The notes beneath the pieces are model-generated. The model saw nothing but the letters and a program-made list of their open reading frames with translations. It did no database searches and was not told the DNA's origin. A stretch of 62,239 nt of DNA, filler included. It is 10 parts of 10 records of this genome, joined end to end, with 100 filler letters (N's around TTAATTAATTAA, not from the genome) between each part and the next. Parts side by side here need not be neighbours in the genome. Positions count along the whole stretch, not along the records: positions 1 to 26,174 come from SRR9188676_1961; 9 more parts are not named here. One strand, 5' to 3'. The position numbers were made by a program, and so were the translations under genes. This document shows, piece by piece, positions 1 to 8,389 of this stretch (its first letter is position 1; every line of letters starts with the position of its first letter).

Positions 1-30
1 CTACAGGAGAAGGGGCTGGGGGATGAGGTT
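1..30. repeat. Partial GC-rich REP-like extragenic element, cut by window start
   Basis: GGAGAAGGGGCTGGGGGATGAGG in an AT-rich background, just past the epimerase stop; resembles the CCCTCTCC...GGAGAGGG hairpin repeat family. Confidence 0.5.
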
Positions 31-35
31 GTTCC

Positions 36-980
36 TCACGACAAAGTGACTCCACAACTTACTTGATAAGTCTCCCCTGCTGATAAAGTCAATAATCCAT
101 CTCCAGAATTAAAAGCATTTGTATTTCCCGTCATTGGTTCAATTGCCACACAGTCACGTGCTTCTGGAATATACACAACGATAAAAGAGAATTTTCCTTT
201 CAAACCTTCTTGCCAAAGTGTAAGCGAAACATCTTTCTGAATTGAATGCAATACTGCTGCTACCTTCTCGGCTGGTTTAACCGCAAAAACAGCATTTAAA
301 TCTTGACCATCTAAGATGATTCCTTCACTAAAATCAACGGCTTTTGTTTCTACAGAAATCAACTGTTCATCGGGAATAGATTGCTCAATAGCAGGGAAAT
401 CAATTCGCCAATCATTAGCTGTTTCTCCTTCAATTTTAAAATATGGATGCCAACCCAAAACCACAGGCATCGTTTTAGTACCTGTATTTTTGATGGAGTA
501 TGTCAAAGTAAAACCATTTTTCGCAGACAGCGTATTCTTAATTTCCAGCACAAAAGGAAATGGATAACCAAAGTAATTGCCTTTATATTGGTAGCGGAGT
601 ATAATACTTGCTTCTGTATCGGTAGATATTTCTTCAATTACTTCAAAATTAGCAAAAGCCACAAAGCCATGAATGGCATTGTTCAGCCCTACTTCGTTGA
701 TAGGTAATTGATAGGTATTTCCTTCAAAATAATATCTGCCATTTCTTACACGGTTTCCCCAAGGAAATAGATGTGCAGAAGGATATGCAGCCATTTGTTG
801 CATTAATTGTTCGTCGGTATCGGCGCAAACAATTACATTAAATAAGTTTTCATTTTTTCGGAAAACCATTTTGCGAATAATTCCACCCAATTCAGGTAAA
901 ATATTAACAGTCTCTCCAGTTGTTGGATTCGATAAAACGTATTCAGTGAAACGTCCGAATGCCTCTTGAGTAATTTTCAT
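36..980 (-). CDS. Aldose 1-epimerase family protein
   Basis: 314 aa; motifs LFPWGNRVRNG, NAIHG, GWHPYF, AIEPMT. Confidence 0.9.
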   Translation of the reverse strand: MKITQEAFGRFTEYVLSNPTTGETVNILPELGGIIRKMVFRKNENLFNVIVCADTDEQLMQQMAAYPSAHLFPWGNRVRNGRYYFEGNTYQLPINEVGLNNAIHGFVAFANFEVIEEISTDTEASIILRYQYKGNYFGYPFPFVLEIKNTLSAKNGFTLTYSIKNTGTKTMPVVLGWHPYFKIEGETANDWRIDFPAIEQSIPDEQLISVETKAVDFSEGIILDGQDLNAVFAVKPAEKVAAVLHSIQKDVSLTLWQEGLKGKFSFIVVYIPEARDCVAIEPMTGNTNAFNSGDGLLTLSAGETYQVSCGVTLS

Positions 981-1040
981 GTTGGATAATATTACTTACT
1001 ATTTAAAAATTTAGGCAAAATAAAAGCTAAGTATTCAAGG

Positions 1041-1814
1041 TTACATCTCTCCTTCTACTCCTAAACCGAATAAGGCAAAATCATATTTTACTGGGTCGTT
1101 GGCGTCGAGTAGTTTTAGATTTTCAGTTAATTCAGCTGCCATTTGCCAATCGGGTTTAGGTCTTTCTATTAAACCTAATTTACGAGCTACTCTTTCTACG
1201 TGTACATCACAAGGACAAACTAATCTTGACATTGGTATATTTTCCCAAATCCCAAAATCTACTCCGTGATTATCTTTTCGAACCATCCAACGCAAAAACA
1301 TATTCAAGCGTTTGCAAGAAGAATTTCTGAGTGGCGTAGCAACATGCTTTCGTGTTCTTTCTGGATAATCTTCTAAACTAAAGAAAAGGTCATGAAAGCC
1401 AATAAGATTATTTTTAATATTAGATTCTTCTGGATTATTATTTTCTACTAAAAAAGCTTGTTCTAAAGATTCATGTTTTTGATAAAAATCTCTAAACCAA
1501 GCGATAAAGTAAAGTGTATCAGTAGCATTAAAAGTACGATGTTTGAAAGAAAGAAAAGCTTTCAAATCGGAATCTTGATGATTCAAGATAAAATCATGTG
1601 GACTGCCATCCATCAAAGTAATCAATTCTTTACATTTATTGATAATGGTTTTTCTTTGTCCCCAAGCTAAAATAGAAGCCCAAAAGCCCATGATTTCAAT
1701 ATCTTCTTTCTTGGCAAAAAGATGTGGAATACAAATTGGGTCGTTAGGAATAAAATTGGGTTGATTGTACTGTAAATACTTTTCTGCTAATAAATCAGCG
1801 ACGTAATTAGTCAT
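1041..1814 (-). CDS. TIGR02757 family protein
   Basis: 257 aa; motifs FIPNDPI, SCKRLNMFLRWMVR, DVHVERVAR, DPVKYDFALFG. Confidence 0.9.
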   Translation of the reverse strand: MTNYVADLLAEKYLQYNQPNFIPNDPICIPHLFAKKEDIEIMGFWASILAWGQRKTIINKCKELITLMDGSPHDFILNHQDSDLKAFLSFKHRTFNATDTLYFIAWFRDFYQKHESLEQAFLVENNNPEESNIKNNLIGFHDLFFSLEDYPERTRKHVATPLRNSSCKRLNMFLRWMVRKDNHGVDFGIWENIPMSRLVCPCDVHVERVARKLGLIERPKPDWQMAAELTENLKLLDANDPVKYDFALFGLGVEGEM

Positions 1815-1832
1815 TATAGAAGGGATAAAAAC

Positions 1833-1874
1833 AAAATACTCGGCATTATTACGATGAATAATACCGAGTATTTT
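1833..1874 (-). terminator. Intrinsic terminator hairpin
   Basis: AAAATACTCGG...CCGAGTATTTT inverted repeat directly after the stop of the small ORF 1874-2041. Confidence 0.7.
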
Positions 1875-2041
1875 TATTTAATTTTTGAAGCAACAAATGC
1901 GATAAGTTTTGAAGGAATTGAAAAAATCCAAACTAACACTGTATATAAAAAAGCAAATGTTGCGATGGCTGGAAATGCCAATGTATAAAGAACATTAAAC
2001 ACGATATGCCCAAAAGTGATTTGTCTTTTATTGCGTCGCAT
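1874..2041 (-). CDS. Small 55-aa membrane protein, below the ORF-track cutoff
   Basis: MRRNKRQITFGHIVFNVLYTLAFPAIATFAFLYTVLVWIFSIPSKLIAFVASKIK*; starts 3 nt after the LysM gene stop and ends at a terminator. Confidence 0.75.
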   Translation of the reverse strand: MRRNKRQITFGHIVFNVLYTLAFPAIATFAFLYTVLVWIFSIPSKLIAFVASKIK

Positions 2042-2044
2042 TTT

Positions 2045-2983
2045 TTAAGGGGTCATGTAATTTAATTCTGTTCTAATTCTTTTCTCTGTTGGGTTCAATT
2101 TTTCAAAAGCTCTTGGCGATAATTTGATAATTACTTTATCGCTTCCAATATCGGGTAATTTCCCAACTACTTTTACCCAAATACTTTGTCCGTTAGCGAT
2201 ATTCTTCACATTCACTAAGGTTCCCACACCAGCAGAACGGTGAAGTGCTAAATATTTTCCTGAATTATCTTCTACGTCAATCAATTCGGCTAAACCACTT
2301 TCAATCGTTCTTCTGTATCCTGATGCTGTTCTTACTACTTCCGAAGAAGTTTTTACATCATTTGGTACAGGTTCTTCTGTTTTTGCTGCTACTTTTGGCT
2401 GTTCAGTAACAGTTGATGTTGGTCTGTAAGGTTCATTTCTTACTTCCCCTCTTGCAGGAACGTCGGTATTAGTATATCTTTTGCGTTCATACTCTTTAGC
2501 ATCTACAATAAGTACTTGTCCTGCTGACAATTGGTCGTTTGTTAAATTATTCCATTTTCTCAAATCAGCAATTGCTACTTTATATTTACTAGAAATACCG
2601 TATAAACCTTGTCCTTGTTCAACAGTATGTGTTGCTGGTCTTGAAGGTTCGGGGGTTAATAAAGCTGTTGAGTTATTGGTATATTTTGCTGGAGCAGTGT
2701 TAACTACCTTATTAAAAGGCACTTTCACCATTTGTCCGATATTCACATTATCAGAAATCCCTGGATTCGCTGCTCTAAATTCAGACATCGAACTTCCATA
2801 TTTTCTTAAAATAGAATACAACGTTTGTTTAGGTTCTACTTTATGAATTACATACGTTTTGCCTGCTTCTTTACGTACTGTAACTGAATCTAGGCTTATT
2901 TCTTTGGCAAAAGATGATGTATATGTTGCTGATAAAAGAAAGATAGAGACAATCTTAGCAACGGACTTAGTGTTATATTTCAT
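2045..2983 (-). CDS. Secreted protein with two LysM domains and a C-terminal RlpA/DPBB-like domain
   Basis: Signal peptide; HKVEPKQTLYSI and HTVEQGQGLYGIS LysM repeats; C-terminal ALHRSAGVGTLVNVKN. ATG at 2983 preferred over TTG at 3013. Confidence 0.85.
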   Translation of the reverse strand: MKYNTKSVAKIVSIFLLSATYTSSFAKEISLDSVTVRKEAGKTYVIHKVEPKQTLYSILRKYGSSMSEFRAANPGISDNVNIGQMVKVPFNKVVNTAPAKYTNNSTALLTPEPSRPATHTVEQGQGLYGISSKYKVAIADLRKWNNLTNDQLSAGQVLIVDAKEYERKRYTNTDVPARGEVRNEPYRPTSTVTEQPKVAAKTEEPVPNDVKTSSEVVRTASGYRRTIESGLAELIDVEDNSGKYLALHRSAGVGTLVNVKNIANGQSIWVKVVGKLPDIGSDKVIIKLSPRAFEKLNPTEKRIRTELNYMTP

Positions 2984-3722
2984 ATCCGATGAGTTGATTT
3001 TGATTTTTAACATATAGTAAAGTGTCAGATTTCATAGAAAAGGTGTCTATTCCTATTCCTTCGCTCTCTGCGATGAAATCATGTAGTAGAATTTTTTTTT
3101 CTTTATTGGTAACCAACAAATAATTTTGGAATTGCTTTCCTCTGTAAATATAGTAAGAAATTACAATTTTGTCATTGACTTCCAGATAATCTACCCCATT
3201 TTGAGCCTCAATATTTATTAAATGGTAAAGGAATTTAAAAATCGTTGGAAAATGTGGACTTGAATCAGGATAATGCCTCACAAAATGCTGATTTTGTTCA
3301 GGAATAAAGCTTTGAAATGGTTTCAATCCGATTTCAAGCGATTGATAAATAGGTAAATTACTTTCATCTAACTGATAAAGCACTAATATATTGCCATCAC
3401 AACTAAAAAAAATCCAGTCTTCAATTCTTTGTTCAATCTCGCAAGTTGTAATATTTATTAGGATTACTCCCAGAGGTTCAGGCTTTTGCTGATCTGAATA
3501 TTTATGTAGGACCAAATGATTACCAAAAATTCCAACCAAACCCAACCACCAAGATTTTTCTGGACGATAGTCTTTCCATAATACTTCACCTGTTTTTAAA
3601 TTCAATGCAGAAAAGCTTACTTGTCGGCTAGATTCATCTCTTACTTCCAAAACCATTTTGTTTTCATAAAAAACAGTATTCCAAATTTTTCCAGCGAAAG
3701 TCTCCTCTATTTTTTTTAGCAT
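2973..3722 (-). CDS. DUF4905-like hypothetical protein
   Basis: 249 aa ORF overlapping the LysM gene start; family from recalled similarity only. Confidence 0.65.
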   Translation of the reverse strand: MLKKIEETFAGKIWNTVFYENKMVLEVRDESSRQVSFSALNLKTGEVLWKDYRPEKSWWLGLVGIFGNHLVLHKYSDQQKPEPLGVILINITTCEIEQRIEDWIFFSCDGNILVLYQLDESNLPIYQSLEIGLKPFQSFIPEQNQHFVRHYPDSSPHFPTIFKFLYHLINIEAQNGVDYLEVNDKIVISYYIYRGKQFQNYLLVTNKEKKILLHDFIAESEGIGIDTFSMKSDTLLYVKNQNQLIGYEI

Positions 3723-3813
3723 AAATTTTATTGTTATTTTACATTCTAATTTGAATCTCCGATTACAAGTTTAAACATATATTTTTGCAATCTCATCCTA
3801 ATCCAGTTTATCA

Positions 3814-4587
3814 GTGTTAAAAATATTAGGCATTATTCCTGCTCGCTACGCTTCCACTCGTTTTCCCGGAAAACCTTTAGTGGACATCAGTGGTAAAACC
3901 ATGATTCAACGTGTGTATGAACAAGCTTCAAAATCTAACTTACTCGCAAAAGTAGTTGTTGCCACAGATGATGATAGAATTTTTGAACACGTAAAAAGTT
4001 TTGGTGGCGAAGTTGTAATGACTTCCTCTAAACATCCAAGCGGAACCGACCGCTGTTTTGAGGCTTTACAAATCGTTTCTAAATTGGAACGCAGAAAAGA
4101 GGGAAAAGAATTCCAACGATATAATTATGTTATCAATATTCAAGGCGATGAACCTTTCATACAGCCTAAACAAATTGATATTTTGGTGCAATGCCTGACG
4201 GCTAAAACAGAATTGGCGACTTTGATAAAACGCATTGAAGACGAAGCGACTTTGTTCAATCCCAATACCCCAAAAGTAATTTTCAATAATTATCATGAAG
4301 CCATTTACTTCACTCGTCAAACAATTCCTTATTTAAGAGGCATCGAAAAAGACAAGTGGTTAAATGCACATGATTACTTCAAACACATTGGAATTTATGC
4401 TTACAGAGTTGACATTTTGAATAAAATCACAAAGCTTCCGATTGCTTTGTTAGAGAAAGTAGAATCTTTAGAGCAATTAAGATGGCTTGCAAATGGTTTT
4501 AAAATAAAAGTTGCTATTACGCCCTATGATAGTTTTGGAATTGATATTCCTGAAGATTTGGTAGAAGCACAAAGAATTACTTCTTAA
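3814..4587 (+). CDS. kdsB: 3-deoxy-manno-octulosonate cytidylyltransferase
   Basis: IPARYASTRFPGKPL, SGTDR, NIQGDEP, HIGIYAY, ESLEQLRWL. Confidence 0.95.
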   Translation: MLKILGIIPARYASTRFPGKPLVDISGKTMIQRVYEQASKSNLLAKVVVATDDDRIFEHVKSFGGEVVMTSSKHPSGTDRCFEALQIVSKLERRKEGKEFQRYNYVINIQGDEPFIQPKQIDILVQCLTAKTELATLIKRIEDEATLFNPNTPKVIFNNYHEAIYFTRQTIPYLRGIEKDKWLNAHDYFKHIGIYAYRVDILNKITKLPIALLEKVESLEQLRWLANGFKIKVAITPYDSFGIDIPEDLVEAQRITS

Positions 4588-4589
4588 AC

Positions 4590-4620
4590 AAAAAAGCTGT
4601 GAGGTTCTCACAGCTTTTTT
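4590..4620. terminator. Bidirectional intrinsic terminator
   Basis: AAAAAAGCTGTGAG-GTT-CTCACAGCTTTTTT between convergent kdsB and porX. Confidence 0.85.
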
Positions 4621-4628
4621 GTTTTTAG

Positions 4629-6200
4629 CTATTTCGCCGTTAAATACACAAATGGAATAATACATTCTTCTAACGAAATCCCACCATGCTGAAAAGTATT
4701 TCTATAATGGCTGACATAATGATTATAATTGTTTGGATACGCAAAGAAGTAATCTTCTTTCGTGAACACATAAGTAGTCGAAACATTTACTTTAGGTAAG
4801 AAAAAACGTTCTGGTTTTCTACAAACTAATAAATGGTTTTCCTCGTCCCAATTTAAATTCCTTCCTTGTTTGTAACGCAAATTGGTATTCACTGAACGGT
4901 CGCCTACAATTTTCACTGGATTCTGTACACGAATCATTCCGTGGTCGGTTGTGATAATTAATCTTCCTTTTTTATCTGAAATCTTTTTCAGTAAATCAAA
5001 CAAAGGCGAGTGTGTAAACCAACTAGCCGTTAAGCTTCTATAACCTGATTCATCTGGCGCTAATTCTTTAATCATTGCCATGTCTGTTCTAGCATGAGAA
5101 AGCATATCCACAAAGTTATACACCACTACATTGAGATGGTTTTGTGACAATTTCGAGAAATTCTCTACCAAACTTTTCCCTTGATTATTATGAATAACTT
5201 TATGGTAAGAAGATTTTACAGGAAAAGGCATTCTACTTTTACGAATTTGTTCTTGAAAGAAAAACTCTTCATGTTGGTTAAAACCTTCTTCGTCTTCACT
5301 ATCACCAATATCTTGTACCCAATGTTTTGGATATTGTTTTTCAATTTCAGAAGGCATTAAACCTGAAAAAATTGAATTTCTAGCATAAGCTGTGGTAGTT
5401 GGTAAAATAGAATAATAAGTTGATTCTTCTTCAACTGAAAAATAATCTTGAATCAAACCTTCTAAAACTTTCCATTGGTCAAAGCGCAAGTTATCAATCA
5501 AAACAAAGAAAAGCGGAGAATCTTCTCTGAGTAAAGGAAATACTTTTTTTCTCATCAATTGATGCGATAAAACTGGATTATTCCCTTTTGGTTCGTTCAA
5601 CCAATTTTCATAATTTTCAGTGATAAATCTTGAGAAGTTAGCATTCGCTTCAGACTTCTGCATATTCATTACTTCTGCCATCGACTTGTTCTCTGTTCTA
5701 TCGATTTCCAATTCCCAGAAAAGTAATTTTTTATAGACATCAGCCCATTCAGCATGATCCATCTTATCTTGATAGCGCATCGCTAATTGACGAAACTCTT
5801 GCTGATATGAAAGATTTGTTTTTTCTTCTTCTAATCTTTTCTTATCTAATATTTTCTTTACAGAAAGAAGTATCTGATTGGGATTCAACGGCTTAATTAA
5901 ATAATCAGCGATTTTTGAACCGATTGCCTCCTCCATAATATCCTCTTCTTCCGATTTGGTAATCATCACAACTGGTAAATTAGGCTTCAATTGTTTGATT
6001 TTAGGAAGTACTTCTAGCCCCGTCATACCAGGCATATTTTCATCCAAAAAAACTACATCAAATTTCTTTTTTTCTACTTCCTCTAAAGCATCCGCACCAG
6101 AATTTACAGGTGTAACATCGTAGCCTTTTTGGGTCAAAAACATAATATATGGCTTAAGCAAATCGATTTCATCGTCAGCCCACAGAATTGAATATTGCAT
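4629..6200 (-). CDS. porX: T9SS response regulator PorX (receiver plus PglZ/alkaline-phosphatase domain)
   Basis: ILWADDEIDLLKP, LDENMPG; PglZ motifs IDNLRFDQW, PTTTAYARN, VDMLSH, TTDHG, FQHGGISLEE. Confidence 0.9.
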   Translation of the reverse strand: MQYSILWADDEIDLLKPYIMFLTQKGYDVTPVNSGADALEEVEKKKFDVVFLDENMPGMTGLEVLPKIKQLKPNLPVVMITKSEEEDIMEEAIGSKIADYLIKPLNPNQILLSVKKILDKKRLEEEKTNLSYQQEFRQLAMRYQDKMDHAEWADVYKKLLFWELEIDRTENKSMAEVMNMQKSEANANFSRFITENYENWLNEPKGNNPVLSHQLMRKKVFPLLREDSPLFFVLIDNLRFDQWKVLEGLIQDYFSVEEESTYYSILPTTTAYARNSIFSGLMPSEIEKQYPKHWVQDIGDSEDEEGFNQHEEFFFQEQIRKSRMPFPVKSSYHKVIHNNQGKSLVENFSKLSQNHLNVVVYNFVDMLSHARTDMAMIKELAPDESGYRSLTASWFTHSPLFDLLKKISDKKGRLIITTDHGMIRVQNPVKIVGDRSVNTNLRYKQGRNLNWDEENHLLVCRKPERFFLPKVNVSTTYVFTKEDYFFAYPNNYNHYVSHYRNTFQHGGISLEECIIPFVYLTAK

Positions 6201-6301
6201 AATAAAATGGATTGTTTTCAAGTACTGATTTCAGTACTGTTCACTTAAAATGGAAAATACAGCGTTTTATTGCTGTATTTTTTGTTAATTTTAGTTAAAT
6301 A

Positions 6302-7288
6302 TTATCTCGTCAATTCTTTAAAATCCAAGTCCGAAACTTTTAATAATCCTGCTTTCGGCAAGCGTTTTGTCATTTCTCGCCAATTGGGTTCTTTCAAATA
6401 AATCTTGTGAAGTATCTCCGAAGCTTTGATAATACTTTTATTATTTGCCATTGTAATGGCTGTCCAATATTGCATTTCTAAATTATTTGGAAATAGTTTC
6501 ATAGCAGCATTGTACTCATCCGTGGCTTTTTTCATATTGTTGGTTTCAGTGGCTAAATCACCAGCATCCATGTGGTCGTAAGCTCTTTTGATTTTCAATA
6601 ATCTAGCTAATTCAACCAAAGGTGTTTGGTGGTCGTCAACTCGCAAATCTACCAAATGGTCTTCATCCCAAGGTTTGTTGGTTGAAGTACCTTTTACAAC
6701 TAATAAAGCCGCCGATTGTTTTCCTCTGATATCGCCTCCCACGGCTTGTCCAGCTTCCAAGGCTTTCAATACTCTTTCTGCTAAAGGTAATTTCCAGTTG
6801 TCTTCAAAAGCCTTAGCCATAGCTGCAGGTACTTTATTATTCAACATCATATTACTCTGTACTGAATAATTTGTGCCTTTAATATGTCCTGCAAAATCTA
6901 CACAATTCTTACCAGTATGCACTGCAACGTTTCCTTTAGCGTCGATTATACCAACTTGGCGAACATCCTTTCCTCCATCATTCGACAATAAAATATCCAT
7001 TGTTTCTTGAGCAGTTTTGCCATTTTTCATTAATGCCAAACCTCTTATTCCGAATGATTTATTCACAAAACTTTGTGTAGCAACTACTCCAACGCCAGCT
7101 TGTCCCCATGAAACCGCCGTTCCAACACTAAACCAGTGGCTTTGTACTCCAACAGCCATTTCTCCAGTTTTGGTATCACGAGCGACGATTGAAAATGTAT
7201 GTGCAAAAGGCTCTGAGTTTTTAGAAAATTGAGCGAAAGTATTACTCGTAAAATAAAGAAACGTTATCAATGTTAATACTTTTTTCAT
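6302..7288 (-). CDS. DUF1028 (Ntn-hydrolase-like) protein with TPR-like C-terminus
   Basis: Signal peptide; HTFSIVARD, GVVATQS, GGDIRGKQSAAL, DLRVDDH. Confidence 0.85.
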   Translation of the reverse strand: MKKVLTLITFLYFTSNTFAQFSKNSEPFAHTFSIVARDTKTGEMAVGVQSHWFSVGTAVSWGQAGVGVVATQSFVNKSFGIRGLALMKNGKTAQETMDILLSNDGGKDVRQVGIIDAKGNVAVHTGKNCVDFAGHIKGTNYSVQSNMMLNNKVPAAMAKAFEDNWKLPLAERVLKALEAGQAVGGDIRGKQSAALLVVKGTSTNKPWDEDHLVDLRVDDHQTPLVELARLLKIKRAYDHMDAGDLATETNNMKKATDEYNAAMKLFPNNLEMQYWTAITMANNKSIIKASEILHKIYLKEPNWREMTKRLPKAGLLKVSDLDFKELTR

Positions 7289-7341
7289 AGGTTTAAAATT
7301 ATTAATTGCGATATTTTTCCGACAAAATACTTCTAAATAAT

Positions 7342-8025
7342 TTACACTTGAGGTTGCTCTTTCACATGTCCATTTTCACATTTCAGAATACGAGCAGGGA
7401 ATTTACGAATCATATCAAAATCATGCGTAGCCATTAAAATTGCCGTTCCAGCTTTGTTGATTTCATGAAAAAGCTCAATAATTTGTCCTGATACTTCAGG
7501 GTCAAGATTTCCAGTTGGTTCATCGGCAAAGAGTATTTGAGGTTCGTTTAATAAGGCTCTGGCAATTACTACTCTTTGTTGTTCACCACCCGAAAGTTGA
7601 TGGGGCATTTTATCACGAGAAGTTGACATTCCTACTTGCATGAGTACTTCTGCAACTCTAGCTTTCATTCTGGCACTATCAGTCCAACCAGTTGCTTCCA
7701 AAACCCACATCAGATTTTCCTGAACATTTCTATCCATAAACAACTGAAAGTCCTGAAAAACGACACCAATTTTTCGGCGAAGAAAAGGGCGTTCGGCTGC
7801 TTTCATTGTTTCGATGGTAAACCCCGCCACTTTTGCTTTTCCTTGTTGAAGCCAAAGATCAGCATATAATGTTTTTAGTAACGAACTTTTGCCACTTCCT
7901 GTTCTTCCTATTAAAAAAACAAATTCTCCTTTGTTAATACTAAAGTTAACGTCGTTTAAAACAATTCGCTCGTTTTGATATATAAATGCACTCTGAATGA
8001 CAACTACGGGTTCTGATGTAAACAT
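7342..8025 (-). CDS. ftsE: FtsE-like ABC ATP-binding protein
   Basis: GRTGSGKS, LRRKIGVVFQDFQL, LSGGEQQR, ADEPTGNLD. Confidence 0.8.
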   Translation of the reverse strand: MFTSEPVVVIQSAFIYQNERIVLNDVNFSINKGEFVFLIGRTGSGKSSLLKTLYADLWLQQGKAKVAGFTIETMKAAERPFLRRKIGVVFQDFQLFMDRNVQENLMWVLEATGWTDSARMKARVAEVLMQVGMSTSRDKMPHQLSGGEQQRVVIARALLNEPQILFADEPTGNLDPEVSGQIIELFHEINKAGTAILMATHDFDMIRKFPARILKCENGHVKEQPQV

Positions 8026-8338
8026 TTTTTGCTTGATATGTTATTTTTTCAAATATACTGACAAAATGATAACAATAAATACTTTTTGTGTTTAGTCCGC
8101 TAATTTCCCCTAAAGAACACGGTAGATTATCGTCTAAATTCCTGCTGAAAATTTTCTTGAAAAATATTTCAGAATACTTTACTAACAATATTAATCTAAA
8201 TAAGATGTTCACCAACTTTCTTCTTGAGGCAGTTCCAAATTTATTAATCACCTGATTTACAAAGCCATTCATCTTATCATTCATCAGAAAAAATAAAAAA
8301 AACTTATATTTTATGATAGCTAATTAATTTTTATGCCT

Positions 8339-8369
8339 TACATTTGAATAATTTTTAGACTAATCTAAA
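8339..8369 (+). promoter_or_regulatory. Bacteroidota -7 promoter box followed by a palindromic operator
   Basis: TACATTTG (TAnnTTTG) at 8339-8346; TTTAGA-CTAA-TCTAAA at 8354-8369. Confidence 0.6.
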
Positions 8370-8389
8370 CTATTAATTAGAATCACAAA

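Noticed and set aside
4070..4125. Short charged insertion in KdsB (SKLERRKEGKEFQR)
   Set aside because: In frame in a variable surface region; no evidence of significance
4629..6200. PglZ domain as a BREX defence system
   Set aside because: Receiver-PglZ architecture is PorX and no brx genes are nearby
7946..8284. 112-aa minus-strand ORF upstream of the ftsE-like gene
   Set aside because: Overlaps the ATPase start out of frame and has no recognisable motif
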